From positions 7,725 through 71,724 of the forward strand of contig JAYZEP010000001.1 in NCBI GenBank assembly GCA_036337225.1: DNA of 64,000 nt, written 5' to 3'. Within the stretch, counting starts at the first letter, position 1, and every line of letters begins with the position of its first letter. Below are positions 1 to 9,747 of this stretch, piece by piece. The notes below the pieces were generated by a model. It was not told the DNA's origin, made no database searches, and saw nothing but the letters and a program-made list of their open reading frames with translations. The translations under genes were made by a program, and so were the position numbers. The stretch comes from Thermodesulfobacteriota bacterium (lineage in GTDB: Bacteria > Desulfobacterota_D > UBA1144).

Positions 1-2
1 AA

Positions 3-185
3 TGGGGTGGTTTGTCAGGGTGTACATTTGAAGAAGCAGTTTCGTGGGGGAAAGAAGATCCTCATGGGGAGCTAGTACAATGTTACTGCGACGCATCAAT
101 AGCTCTTCCTATTGTATCGCACGCACTAGTAGAGAGATTGAAAGATTTTAAAAGAGAGCCAAAGAAATTAAACTCTATTTTTTAG
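3..185 (+). CDS. deoxyhypusine synthase-like protein, C-terminal fragment (5' part outside window)
   Basis: Hand translation of frame 3 gives WGGLSGCTFEEAVSWGKEDPHGELVQCYCDASIALPIV...LNSIF, then TAG at 183-185. The SGCT.EEA.SWGK and DA(S/T)IALP strings are the conserved C-terminal signature of the deoxyhypusine/homospermidine synthase family. It is absent from the ORF track because no start lies in the window. Confidence 0.6.
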   Translation, partial: WGGLSGCTFEEAVSWGKEDPHGELVQCYCDASIALPIVSHALVERLKDFKREPKKLNSIF

Positions 186-806
186 GACATCGTCTAATTC
201 TTTAAAAGAAATAATAGGATTTTTAGCACCAAACACAGAAGTTATAACCGCAACACCGCTAACACCAGTATCTAAAACGTCTTGTATATTGTTTGAATCA
301 ATGCCACCAATTGCAAAAATTGGAACATTCTTTATCTTGGATACAATCTTCTTCATCGAAGTAAACGAAGTGGCTTTTCTGTTTGGCTTAGTTTTCGTAT
401 AGTAAGGTGTACCAATAGCTAAATAATCTGCTCCTAGTTTGACAAACTTTTCGCATCTTTCCAGACTGCCATAACAAGAAACTCCTATTACCTTTTTTGG
501 ACCTAGTTTTTTTCTTGCTTCTTGAAAATCTATGTCATCTTCACCAATATGAACCCCATCAGCACCGCACTCCACGGCTACGTCAACATAATCGTTAAGG
601 ATGAATGTCACTTTATGTTTATCGGTGAGTATTTTAATTTGTTTTGATTTATATAAAATTTCCTCAAAAGAGTCAGTTTTAATTCTAAGCTGGAGAATGC
701 TTGGTTTGAGTTCTAATAATGATTCAATAATTTCAAAATATCTATTTTGGTCTATGAGAGACTCGTCGGTAATGAGATATAAACCTTGTAAATTTTTTTT
801 TCTCAT
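168..806 (-). CDS. thiE: thiamine-phosphate synthase
   Basis: ORF-track protein has LYLITD near the N-terminus, plus GADGVHIGEDD, GADYLAIG and FAIGGI (TMP-TENI fold). I prefer the ATG at 806-804, which overlaps the thrC stop, over the TTG at 809. Confidence 0.9.
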   Translation of the reverse strand: MRKKNLQGLYLITDESLIDQNRYFEIIESLLELKPSILQLRIKTDSFEEILYKSKQIKILTDKHKVTFILNDYVDVAVECGADGVHIGEDDIDFQEARKKLGPKKVIGVSCYGSLERCEKFVKLGADYLAIGTPYYTKTKPNRKATSFTSMKKIVSKIKNVPIFAIGGIDSNNIQDVLDTGVSGVAVITSVFGAKNPIISFKELDDVLKNRV

Positions 807-2134
807 CAAAGTATTTGTTTATCTATAGTCTGTATGATCTTATCAGTCGAGGCTTCCATTTCTATTGGGTGGTTTGAAAACTTATTTGAAATTCCCTCAA
901 GACGCTCTAAATGATAGTTGATCTTGAAATCAACAAACTTTAATCCGTGTGCAGTTGAAATAATGACGACTTTCTCGTTTTTCTTTATTACTTTCTTATT
1001 AACCAACTTTTCAAAAGCAGTTACCGCCACGCCAGTATGAGGACAATTAAATGTTCCGGTCAGATCCACTTTTGCAGATGATGTAGCCAATTCGTCTTCA
1101 CTTGCTTGCTCAACAATACCATCGAACATTTTTAAAATATTTATAGCCTTATTTACACTAACAGGATCCCCTATTTGAATTGCGCTTGCATGAGTTGTTT
1201 GGGCCACAACAGGCTCAAAACTTGAAAAGCCATTCATGTAGCTAACATATAAAGGATTTGCGTTCTCAGCTTGAGCACATACAAGTCGTGGTAGCTTTTT
1301 AATCAAACCTAAATCTCTTAACATCAAAAACCCTTTGCCTAATGCAGATATATTCCCCAAATTACCACCAGGTATGATTACCCAATCTGGAACATCCCAA
1401 TCAAATTGTTGGCAGATTTCGATGCTTATTGTTTTTTGTCCTTCAATCCTCAAAGAATTTATTGAATTAGCAAGATATATATTCTGCCGAGTACAAACTT
1501 CTTGAACAATTTTCATGCACCCATCAAAATCGGTATCTAGCGATAATACTTTTGCACCATTTGCTAATGGCTGTACAAGCTGAGCAACGGATACTTTATT
1601 TTTAGGGAGGAATACAATCGATTTTAATCCTGCAGCAGCGCAATAAGCACTAAGAGCAGCGGATGTATCTCCCGTTGATGCACAGGCAACAGCTCTAATT
1701 TCTTTCCCATCTGCGATTAATTGCTTTACAGCTGATACAAGGACCGTCATGCCTAAATCCTTAAAGGAGCCAGTATGACTATCTCCGCACATCTTAATCC
1801 ATACATCTTGCATACCAAGTTGTTTTCCATATTTCTCAGCCCAAAAAAGATTAGTGCCTCCTTCGTACATTGAAACAATATTTTGATCGTCAATAAAAGG
1901 AACCACCCATTCTTTTTTGCCCCATACTCCACTACCATAAGGCCATTGTTGCTTTCTGTATCGTGTAGCGAATAACTCCTTCCAATAGTCAGGTGTTTGC
2001 GTCTTAAGCGCCTCTAAATCATGTTCTACCTCTAAAAGACTTCCTGTGTTGGGACATCTATAAATAATCTCCCGTATATCGTATTGATGATTAGGGTTTT
2101 CAATACTTTGATACCAACAATTATATTCAGCCAT
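806..2134 (-). CDS. thrC: threonine synthase
   Basis: 442 aa. PLP-lysine motif HTGSFKDLGMTV and typical threonine synthase length and architecture. Overlaps both aroE and thiE. Confidence 0.92.
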   Translation of the reverse strand: MAEYNCWYQSIENPNHQYDIREIIYRCPNTGSLLEVEHDLEALKTQTPDYWKELFATRYRKQQWPYGSGVWGKKEWVVPFIDDQNIVSMYEGGTNLFWAEKYGKQLGMQDVWIKMCGDSHTGSFKDLGMTVLVSAVKQLIADGKEIRAVACASTGDTSAALSAYCAAAGLKSIVFLPKNKVSVAQLVQPLANGAKVLSLDTDFDGCMKIVQEVCTRQNIYLANSINSLRIEGQKTISIEICQQFDWDVPDWVIIPGGNLGNISALGKGFLMLRDLGLIKKLPRLVCAQAENANPLYVSYMNGFSSFEPVVAQTTHASAIQIGDPVSVNKAINILKMFDGIVEQASEDELATSSAKVDLTGTFNCPHTGVAVTAFEKLVNKKVIKKNEKVVIISTAHGLKFVDFKINYHLERLEGISNKFSNHPIEMEASTDKIIQTIDKQIL

Positions 2135-2969
2135 TTCGCAATTCCTCTTTCATTATCTCATATGGTGGTGGAACATTCTCCCAAATTGAGAAACTTTCCG
2201 CTCCCTGATAAGCCAACATGTCCATCCCATTTATTGTCTTTGCCCCTTTTTGTCTTGCCGAACTTAATAGTTTTGTTTCTGGAGGAGTATAAATAATATC
2301 GTATACGTAATGTTTTTTTGAAAATATTTCTTCTGCGATTAAAAGAGGATCAGCATCCTTCATTCCTATTGGTGTGCAATTAACTATTAAATCACTATTG
2401 GAAGCATACTTGTCCACTTGAGGTGAGGAAATCAGGCTTGCCGAGGATTTGTAATTAAATTTTTCTAGATGACCTATGAGTGCTTTACCTTTTTCTTCGT
2501 CGATATCAAAAACTACCAGAGATTCAATTCCGCCCTGACAGAGCTTGGTCGCCACAGCCTTCGAAGCACCTCCCGCCCCCAAGATAATACACTTCTTATT
2601 TTTAGGATCGAATCCCAGATCGGAGAATAAGGATTTATGAAAACCTAATCCGTCGGTATTATCTCCGATTAGTTTTCCTTCTTTTGAGTATAGAGTATTG
2701 ACCGAGCCAATTGTTGATGCTTCCTGAGTTAAGACGTCAACATATTTTACAACTTCTTCTTTGTATGGAATCGTTACGTTGGAACCAAAAATAGTTCCGG
2801 ATCTAATCATTTCACAAACAGATTCAATTTCATTTATTTTTGCCTCTAGAGGAATATAGCAAGCATTAATACCTAGCTGTGTGAACGCGGCATTATGCAT
2901 ATCCGGAGATTTACTGTGTTTTACCGGATTTCCTAAAATTGTATAAACTTTTGTATCACCTTTAATCAT
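2127..2969 (-). CDS. aroE: shikimate dehydrogenase
   Basis: N-terminal ILGNPVKHSKSPDMHN substrate motif and the ILGAGGASKAV NADP-binding loop. Confidence 0.9.
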   Translation of the reverse strand: MIKGDTKVYTILGNPVKHSKSPDMHNAAFTQLGINACYIPLEAKINEIESVCEMIRSGTIFGSNVTIPYKEEVVKYVDVLTQEASTIGSVNTLYSKEGKLIGDNTDGLGFHKSLFSDLGFDPKNKKCIILGAGGASKAVATKLCQGGIESLVVFDIDEEKGKALIGHLEKFNYKSSASLISSPQVDKYASNSDLIVNCTPIGMKDADPLLIAEEIFSKKHYVYDIIYTPPETKLLSSARQKGAKTINGMDMLAYQGAESFSIWENVPPPYEIMKEELRNG

Positions 2970-3864
2970 TTCTACTTTCCTCTAAAAAAGTATCTCTTGC
3001 ATATTGTACGTCCTTTTTAATATTCTCTATAAGTTCATCAACAGTATCAAACTTTTTTTCACTCCTGATTCGTTTTACAAATTGCACTTTGATTCTATCG
3101 CCATAAATTGAATCATTAAAATCAAGAATGTGAGACTCTATTAGCAAATTGCTTTTTCCAAAAGTTGGCCTAAAACCTATGTTTGTAATAGCTTCGAATC
3201 TTTTACCTTTGTGAGTTACATATGTTACATAGACTCCGTTTTGTGGCAAAAAATTCCAGGTGGTATTTAAATTGGCGGTAGGAAAGCCAATCTGCCTTCC
3301 TCTTTTTTCACCCTCTATAACTTCACCAGAAAGAAAGTAGTATCTACCCAGAAATCTATTCGCTTTTTCGATATCTCCGTTTGACAGCAAATTCTTAATG
3401 GACGTTGAGCTTATTTTCTCACCCGCACTCTCCACTATATCAATCGAATGGACTGTGTATTGGGATGAACCACACTTCCTGAGGGTCTCGATGTTGCCTG
3501 AGGCTTTGAATCCAAACTTAAAATTGGTACCAACCACTATATTTGTGGGATTATGCCTTTTAATCAAAAACTGGTCTATGAAAATCTCTGGTTCTAATTT
3601 AGATATTTCTAAAGTAAATTCAATTTCATCAATCTCCTTTATACCAATTTGATCTAAAAGATCTATTTTAGCTTCATAAGGCAATAGCAAATCAATGGTT
3701 TTATCCAGAATTATTGTCTTAGGATGAGGTCTGAATGTTATAAGGGCTAATTGAGTTTTTGTATCCCGGGAAATTTTTTTTCCAAGATTAATCAATTTTT
3801 GATGGCCCAGATGGACACCATCAAAATTCCCAATAATAATTGTTTTATCTTTAGCGTTAGACAT
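2962..3864 (-). CDS. ribF: bifunctional riboflavin kinase / FMN adenylyltransferase
   Basis: IGNFDGVHLGHQ nucleotidyltransferase motif at the N-terminus and GFPTANL riboflavin-kinase motif in the C-terminal half. 300 aa. Confidence 0.92.
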   Translation of the reverse strand: MSNAKDKTIIIGNFDGVHLGHQKLINLGKKISRDTKTQLALITFRPHPKTIILDKTIDLLLPYEAKIDLLDQIGIKEIDEIEFTLEISKLEPEIFIDQFLIKRHNPTNIVVGTNFKFGFKASGNIETLRKCGSSQYTVHSIDIVESAGEKISSTSIKNLLSNGDIEKANRFLGRYYFLSGEVIEGEKRGRQIGFPTANLNTTWNFLPQNGVYVTYVTHKGKRFEAITNIGFRPTFGKSNLLIESHILDFNDSIYGDRIKVQFVKRIRSEKKFDTVDELIENIKKDVQYARDTFLEESRND

Positions 3865-3891
3865 TAGTAAGGGGATATTAACATAACAAAA

Positions 3892-5451
3892 TTAATATTT
3901 TCTCCAAAATGATGGTATCAAAAGAGCAATCATTGTAAAAAGCTCGAGTCTACCAAAAAGCATCAGAAAAGATAGTAGAATTTTAGACTGCCCTGAAAAA
4001 AATGAATAGTTCGAGGATGGATTGATTTGTTCAAATCCAGGCCCAACGTTTGTTATAGAAGAAATAGATGCCGAAAGAGCACTAAGAGATGTCACATTGC
4101 TTTCAAAAACAAGAAGCAATAAAGCTGAAATTACAATTATCAATACATATAGAAACAAGAAACTGAAGACACCTGATACAAGTTCGTCATCAAGGGCTTT
4201 CCCGTTGATTTTCACTGTCGATATTACATTTGGACTTATTCTTCTCTTAATTTCAATATAAATTCTTTTGAAAACAATCAGTACTCTCATAATTTTTATA
4301 CCACCAGTCGTAGAACCCGAACAACCTCCCAGGACCATAACCGCTAAAAGAACTATTTTCGCATGATTAGACCACTCGTTAAAATTAAATGATGTAAACC
4401 CTGTTCCTGTGGAAAGAGAAAGTGCTTGAAAACTACCAAATCTAAAACAATCGGAGAGACTACTAAAATCATAGTACTTATAGAGAAGAAAAACGATAAA
4501 AGATATCAAGAATGTATTTAGTAATATGTAAGCCTTGAATTCTGAATTTTCAAGGATTTTCTTATAATTTCCTGTAATGAGAAAATAATATATAGCAAAA
4601 CTGGTTCCGCTCAAGAAGATAAAAACAGCAATAATAACTTCAACGGTTACATTGTTTAGATATTGAATACTGATGGGGTAGCTCGAAAAACCCCCTGTTG
4701 AAACGGTGCTAAAGGTGTGAACAATTGAATCGTAAAGACTCATATCGCCCACAAAATATAAAAGAGATGCGAGAAGAAGTGTAAGCGCCATATATATATA
4801 GAACAGGATTAGACCGGTCTGGTAAATTCTTGGGGTCATTCTCTCTCTTTGTGGACCAGTTCCTTCTTGGTCACTGGCAATTTGCATAACACCGACAGAT
4901 ATTCTTGGGAAAACAATTAAAACTAAGAGGATGATACCGATACCACCCAGCCACTGGGTTAATGATCTCCAGGCAATGAGAAGCTTATGTTGCTCAACAA
5001 CATCGGGAAATGGGGTAAGCACCGAGGCTCCCGTTGTCGTAATACCCGATACAGCCTCAAAGAAAGAATTAGTAAAGATATTGGCTTGGAATATCGGTTC
5101 GAAAGAGCTACTAATAAATCCATATAGATTGAGCGATGAAAAGATATACGGTAGAGATCCAAATACTCCGGCTAAAATCCACACTAATGAAGCTAAAAGA
5201 AAACCATCTTTTCTTGTTAAATCCTTACTCATAGCTTCCGGATTATGGGATATAGTTCGAAGACCGTATCCACATATTAAGGTCACCAATGATGATGCAA
5301 AAAAAGGGGCGGCTTGTAATAAATTGTCATTGTCAAAAAAGGCCTTATGTCCAGAATCTAGAAAAAAATAGAAAATTAGCGGGGCTAAAAGAAAAAGACC
5401 AAAATATATTACGAAATTACCGGTTAGATAAAAAGATTTTCTTAAATTCAT
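3892..5451 (-). CDS. trkH: Trk-type potassium uptake membrane subunit
   Basis: Polytopic membrane protein with four pore-loop-like repeats: TTTGASV, STGGFS, GTGFTS and GGCSGSTTGGIK. Overlaps trkA by 4 nt. Confidence 0.85.
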   Translation of the reverse strand: MNLRKSFYLTGNFVIYFGLFLLAPLIFYFFLDSGHKAFFDNDNLLQAAPFFASSLVTLICGYGLRTISHNPEAMSKDLTRKDGFLLASLVWILAGVFGSLPYIFSSLNLYGFISSSFEPIFQANIFTNSFFEAVSGITTTGASVLTPFPDVVEQHKLLIAWRSLTQWLGGIGIILLVLIVFPRISVGVMQIASDQEGTGPQRERMTPRIYQTGLILFYIYMALTLLLASLLYFVGDMSLYDSIVHTFSTVSTGGFSSYPISIQYLNNVTVEVIIAVFIFLSGTSFAIYYFLITGNYKKILENSEFKAYILLNTFLISFIVFLLYKYYDFSSLSDCFRFGSFQALSLSTGTGFTSFNFNEWSNHAKIVLLAVMVLGGCSGSTTGGIKIMRVLIVFKRIYIEIKRRISPNVISTVKINGKALDDELVSGVFSFLFLYVLIIVISALLLLVFESNVTSLSALSASISSITNVGPGFEQINPSSNYSFFSGQSKILLSFLMLFGRLELFTMIALLIPSFWRKY

Positions 5452-6815
5452 TTCAATATTTTCGATTCTAAGTCTCGTTCAGCATTAGAATCAAGAGTTA
5501 CGGCAATAACATAATCACCTTTTTTTACTAAACCATCTTCAGGGTTTGAAATATATAACGGCGAATCATCTCCTCTAATGACAAAAGCTAGGACTATGTT
5601 TTTAGAAATGCCTTCGATATCAATGTCTTCTTCGGGTCTAAATTCAAATATCTTCGTATTCTCATCAACAATAGTTTCATGTGATACATCTTTTCTGATA
5701 ATGTAGGAATTTATTTCACCCGCCACGGTATATTTAGTATTAATTTCTCTTTCGGCACCAATACTATTGATTACGTTCTGATATTCAGATTTTGAATAGA
5801 CTACGAGAGAGTTTTTTGCTTTTAGTTTGTTAGACAGCAATGCACTCAAAACGTTATTCTCATCATCATCTGTTAATGCTAAAAAATAATCGCAATCTTC
5901 GTTAACCCCCTGATCTTTCAAAAGCTCTTCGTTGGTTGATTCGCCCAATATTATTTGTACACCATCCAGTTCTTCGGACAACTCTCGGGCTCTAGATCGG
6001 TTTGACACCAACAATTTCACATTACATTTTCTTCTTACCAGTCTTTTTGCAACATTGGACGCTATATAGCTACCTCCGACTATAAATACATTTTTAAGTT
6101 CGGGGTCGTTTTTCGCAAAAAAGTTTTTCTCAAATTCTTCTTCAAATTCAGAAACAACGACAACTAAAACTATGTCATCTTTCTTTAGTCGAGTAGATGG
6201 GCCTTCGGCTCTAATAAAGTTTAATTTTTTTGATGATGGATCTTCCGTAGCAGCTAAAAATCTCCATTTATTGCTTCCGTTCTTATTTAAAGAATAAATC
6301 GACTTTCCTATCAAAGGGCTTGATTCATCAATCTTGATTTTTAAAAAGAGAATCCTTTTTTCAGCAATCTTATCGGTTTCCCAAGAGTAAGGAGTTTCAA
6401 ATAAATTTATAATTTTTTCCGAGACAATATCTCCCGAATAGAAGGTTTTTATTTCTGGGCAACCTAATTTAACAGGGTAATCTTTGTATTTAGGGTCCTT
6501 AGAAACAACGATAGTTTGAAGTCCGGGAACTTGTTCAAAGAACACAGCGGTTAAGAAATTCAGCTTGTCGTCATTTGTACACGCAATGAAATAGCTAATT
6601 GATTGAAGGTCTAAATCTTTAAAGATGCTGAAATCTGCGGCATCTCCACTAACAGTTAAAATATCTAGCTTGCTGGTGCTTTTTATTTGATTAATCTTGT
6701 TAACATCTTTGTCAACTAATATTAAATTGTTTTGCTCACAGAGAGCTTCAGCAAGGTATGTACCCGTGGAACCCGCTCCTAAAATAATTATATTGTGAGG
6801 ATTTTTAGTAACCAT
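5448..6815 (-). CDS. trkA: Trk system NAD-binding subunit
   Basis: Two RCK/Rossmann halves, IIILGAGSTGTYLAE and VFIVGGSYIASNVAKRL. 455 aa and adjacent to trkH. Confidence 0.85.
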   Translation of the reverse strand: MVTKNPHNIIILGAGSTGTYLAEALCEQNNLILVDKDVNKINQIKSTSKLDILTVSGDAADFSIFKDLDLQSISYFIACTNDDKLNFLTAVFFEQVPGLQTIVVSKDPKYKDYPVKLGCPEIKTFYSGDIVSEKIINLFETPYSWETDKIAEKRILFLKIKIDESSPLIGKSIYSLNKNGSNKWRFLAATEDPSSKKLNFIRAEGPSTRLKKDDIVLVVVVSEFEEEFEKNFFAKNDPELKNVFIVGGSYIASNVAKRLVRRKCNVKLLVSNRSRARELSEELDGVQIILGESTNEELLKDQGVNEDCDYFLALTDDDENNVLSALLSNKLKAKNSLVVYSKSEYQNVINSIGAEREINTKYTVAGEINSYIIRKDVSHETIVDENTKIFEFRPEEDIDIEGISKNIVLAFVIRGDDSPLYISNPEDGLVKKGDYVIAVTLDSNAERDLESKILK

Positions 6816-6838
6816 TTTACTAGCCTAAAGGCTATAAA

Positions 6839-7438
6839 TTAATATAGACGAATATTGAGTCCCGCGAGAGCAGTAAAAAAGAATTCTTTGTGATCCATAT
6901 CAAAACTATTATTTATATAAGCATGAACCCCGACGCTCACGTTATCCGATAGTATGTAGTCCAAACCTCCACCTGCAACAGTTAACACTGAGGAGCTATT
7001 ATCATCACCATCATTTTTTTTATCATCAACCAATACGCCTAATCCAGCTTCAATTGAGGGAATAAGTCTAGGATCGGTACTGGGAAGAAGTTTCTTCACA
7101 TTGCCAGTTATTGCGGCAAGTGTTTCATCATCTCCTTCTACATATTGACCAACAGGCCCTATGTATAAATCATCCTTATAAGGTATATCAAGACGAGTCG
7201 TTAAAGCCCACCCCCCAGGGCTTGCCGAAAAACCACCACCAATAGTAAACATTGGCGAAGGGCCATACGTTTTATTATATTCAAACTTCTCTTTAGTTTC
7301 TGAACCTGATTCGATTCTAGTTTGTGCTGGCTCATCGGAAGAATAGTCAGTTTCCTCAACTTCTTTGGCAGTAGAAAAAATAGAAAAGCTTAAGAATAGA
7401 ATGCCGATAAAAATAAAAATTGTTTTAAATACATTCAT
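6839..7438 (-). CDS. small outer-membrane beta-barrel protein (signal peptide)
   Basis: N-terminal hydrophobic signal sequence (IFIFIGILFLSFSIFS-TA). Gly-rich alternating strands such as FTIGGGF, VAGGGLDY and GVHAYIN. C-terminal aromatic residue (NIRLY). Confidence 0.6.
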   Translation of the reverse strand: MNVFKTIFIFIGILFLSFSIFSTAKEVEETDYSSDEPAQTRIESGSETKEKFEYNKTYGPSPMFTIGGGFSASPGGWALTTRLDIPYKDDLYIGPVGQYVEGDDETLAAITGNVKKLLPSTDPRLIPSIEAGLGVLVDDKKNDGDDNSSSVLTVAGGGLDYILSDNVSVGVHAYINNSFDMDHKEFFFTALAGLNIRLY

Positions 7439-7483
7439 ATGTGTCTCGTTTTTCTGAGATTATGTAACTTAAAATCTTTAATG

Positions 7484-9262
7484 TCAAGTCGGCTTCAAGT
7501 CGTCTATGATTAAAACTATTCCGTAGTCACTGTTGTATGTATCTCGCTGGATTTTATAGATAACATCAATTCTGTCTCCAATGCTTACATGGCTTTTAAA
7601 ACCAAACCAAACTCCTCGTTGTTTAGCACCTTGTTGTTCCATGATAATCTCTAGGTGCTTATGTCCCTTTTTGCCTTGAAACTCTTTTATGCTTTTTACA
7701 GTAGCTTCTCGTGTCATAAATACTGGAATTGGATTTTCTCTCCCAAAAGGTTCCATCCTCTTCAAATCATCAACGAAACTTAGTTGGATTTCATCGAACT
7801 CAATTTCCAAGTCAGCATCCACTGTGCTATTCGATTCATAGTCATAATTCTTTATCGAATCTTCAAATTGGTTATCAAAATTATCTAGTTCAGTAGAATT
7901 AATTGTTATTCCTGCAGCACCACTATGTCCACCATACTGAACCAAGTGTGATTCGCATCCCTTAAGGACATTGTAAAGATGTATGCCATTTTTTGTCCTC
8001 AGGCTCCCCTTTCCTAATCCATCTTCGTCAATCGAGATTATCACGGAAGGTCTACCAAACTCTTCTGAGATTTTTGAAGCTACAATTCCAATTACGCCAG
8101 AGTGCCAGTTCTTGGAATAAAGCACCAAAGAATGTTTGTTTGGATTGTCCCTTATAATGTCTTGTCCCATTTTCATTGCTTCTTTTAAGACTTCCTCTTG
8201 CTTCTTCTGTCTATCGGTATTGTTCCTTGCAAGAATTGCTATTAGTGAATCTATCTTATTTTGATCGTCTTCTACTAAAAGTCTGACAGCATCCGAAGCC
8301 CTTCCCACTCTTCCAGCCGCATTGATTTTTGGTGCGATTTGAAATGATACGTCCCTTACGGAATATTCTTTTTTACTTACTTTTTTCCCACTGTTTCGCA
8401 ACAGGGACAATAACCCTTTCTTGTCCGTAATTGGTATTTCTTTTAGGCCATTATAGACAAGGATTCTATTTACACCTAGCAGTGGCATGCTATCAGCAAT
8501 AGTACCTATAGCAACCAGGTCCAGATCTCTCTTTAAATTGGGTTCGTCAATGGATCCATTAAAATACTCTCTTTCCCTGAGTCTTTTTCTGATTCCCATC
8601 ATCAAATTAAAAACTACCCCGACTGCACATATTTCCTTAAATGGATAAGCGCATCCTGGTTGCTTAGGATTGATAATTGATACAGCATCGGGAACAACTT
8701 CCGGTACAGAATGGTGGTCAGTGATGACAAAATCAACACTAACAATCTCAACGTTCTCGTTAGCTACCAGTTTAATTTTTTTACTTTCGCTGACTACCTG
8801 ATTTTCGGAAATACCACAATCAGTGGAAATGATTAGCCTAACTCCTTGTAATGCAAGGTTTTTTATAGAATTAAAATTAATTCCATATCCTTCTTCAAGT
8901 CGTTCTGGATTATAAGAAACAACATTGGCCCCTACTCTTTTTAAAAAACTATACAAAATCGCAGTTGAAGTAATACCGTCACAATCAAAATCTCCATATA
9001 CTGCTATATTTTCCGAACTTTCGATTGCCCGAATAATTCTTTGAACCCCATCCTCCATACCTTTTAACAAAAAAGGGTCCGGCAGATTGAGACTGCCATC
9101 ATTTTTCTCTAGATAAGGGTGAAGAAATTGGTGGGCCTCTTCGTATGAGTCAATATTTCTATTTATTAGAAGCTTTGAAAGAAAATGCGAAATTTTTAAC
9201 TCAGAAGATAGAAACTGAGCCTTTTCTACATCCGGACTTTTTGCACTCCAAGAATAATTCAT
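7484..9262 (-). CDS. recJ: single-stranded-DNA-specific exonuclease RecJ
   Basis: DHH-family motifs YGDFDCDGITS, STDCGIS and ITDHH, plus the DHHA1 motif GGHSGAAG. Confidence 0.92.
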   Translation of the reverse strand: MNYSWSAKSPDVEKAQFLSSELKISHFLSKLLINRNIDSYEEAHQFLHPYLEKNDGSLNLPDPFLLKGMEDGVQRIIRAIESSENIAVYGDFDCDGITSTAILYSFLKRVGANVVSYNPERLEEGYGINFNSIKNLALQGVRLIISTDCGISENQVVSESKKIKLVANENVEIVSVDFVITDHHSVPEVVPDAVSIINPKQPGCAYPFKEICAVGVVFNLMMGIRKRLREREYFNGSIDEPNLKRDLDLVAIGTIADSMPLLGVNRILVYNGLKEIPITDKKGLLSLLRNSGKKVSKKEYSVRDVSFQIAPKINAAGRVGRASDAVRLLVEDDQNKIDSLIAILARNNTDRQKKQEEVLKEAMKMGQDIIRDNPNKHSLVLYSKNWHSGVIGIVASKISEEFGRPSVIISIDEDGLGKGSLRTKNGIHLYNVLKGCESHLVQYGGHSGAAGITINSTELDNFDNQFEDSIKNYDYESNSTVDADLEIEFDEIQLSFVDDLKRMEPFGRENPIPVFMTREATVKSIKEFQGKKGHKHLEIIMEQQGAKQRGVWFGFKSHVSIGDRIDVIYKIQRDTYNSDYGIVLIIDDLKPT

Positions 9263-9271
9263 TTCACAATG

Positions 9272-9703
9272 TTACTTTTGTATCTCATTCAAGGCATCTA
9301 AAGCCATTAAGTAACCGTGATGGCCAAAACCAGAGATAACACCAAGAGCTATTGAGGATACAAACGAGTGTTGTCTAAAATCTTCTCTATTGAATATATT
9401 CGATAAGTGCACTTCAATAAATTTGGCTTTCACTGATAGTAGGGCATCCCTAATCGCTATGCTCGTATGAGTAAAAGCAGCAGGATTGATAATAATAAAA
9501 CGATCTTCTTCCGAACATTCTTGAATTTTCGATACGATTTTCCCTTCTTCATTGGACTGAAAGAAATCTATATCGATTTTCATTGTCTTAGCCTTTTCTA
9601 AAATAAGCTTGTTGATTTCATCTAGAGTTAACACGCCATAATAATCTTCTTCTCTGGTACCCAGCATATTAAGATTTGGCCCATTGATAACCAAGACTTT
9701 CAT
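9272..9703 (-). CDS. aroQ: type II 3-dehydroquinate dehydratase
   Basis: VINGPNLNMLGTRE and INPAAFTHTSIAIRDA signature strings. 143 aa. Confidence 0.93.
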   Translation of the reverse strand: MKVLVINGPNLNMLGTREEDYYGVLTLDEINKLILEKAKTMKIDIDFFQSNEEGKIVSKIQECSEEDRFIIINPAAFTHTSIAIRDALLSVKAKFIEVHLSNIFNREDFRQHSFVSSIALGVISGFGHHGYLMALDALNEIQK

Positions 9704-9747
9704 TATGGTCTAAGATTAAAACAAAATAAAAACATGTACAATAAAAT

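Noticed and set aside
793-801. T9 homopolymer (A9 in the thiE mRNA, codons 3-5), possibly a slippage or phase-variation tract
   Set aside because: Runs of 8-9 A/T are frequent throughout this AT-rich window (for example 40759-40767 and 30525-30535). thiE is a housekeeping gene with no reason for phase variation.
4931-5371. 146-aa ORF antisense to trkH, plus other short ORFs inside trkH
   Set aside because: It is nested in a clearly real membrane-protein gene and has no features of its own.
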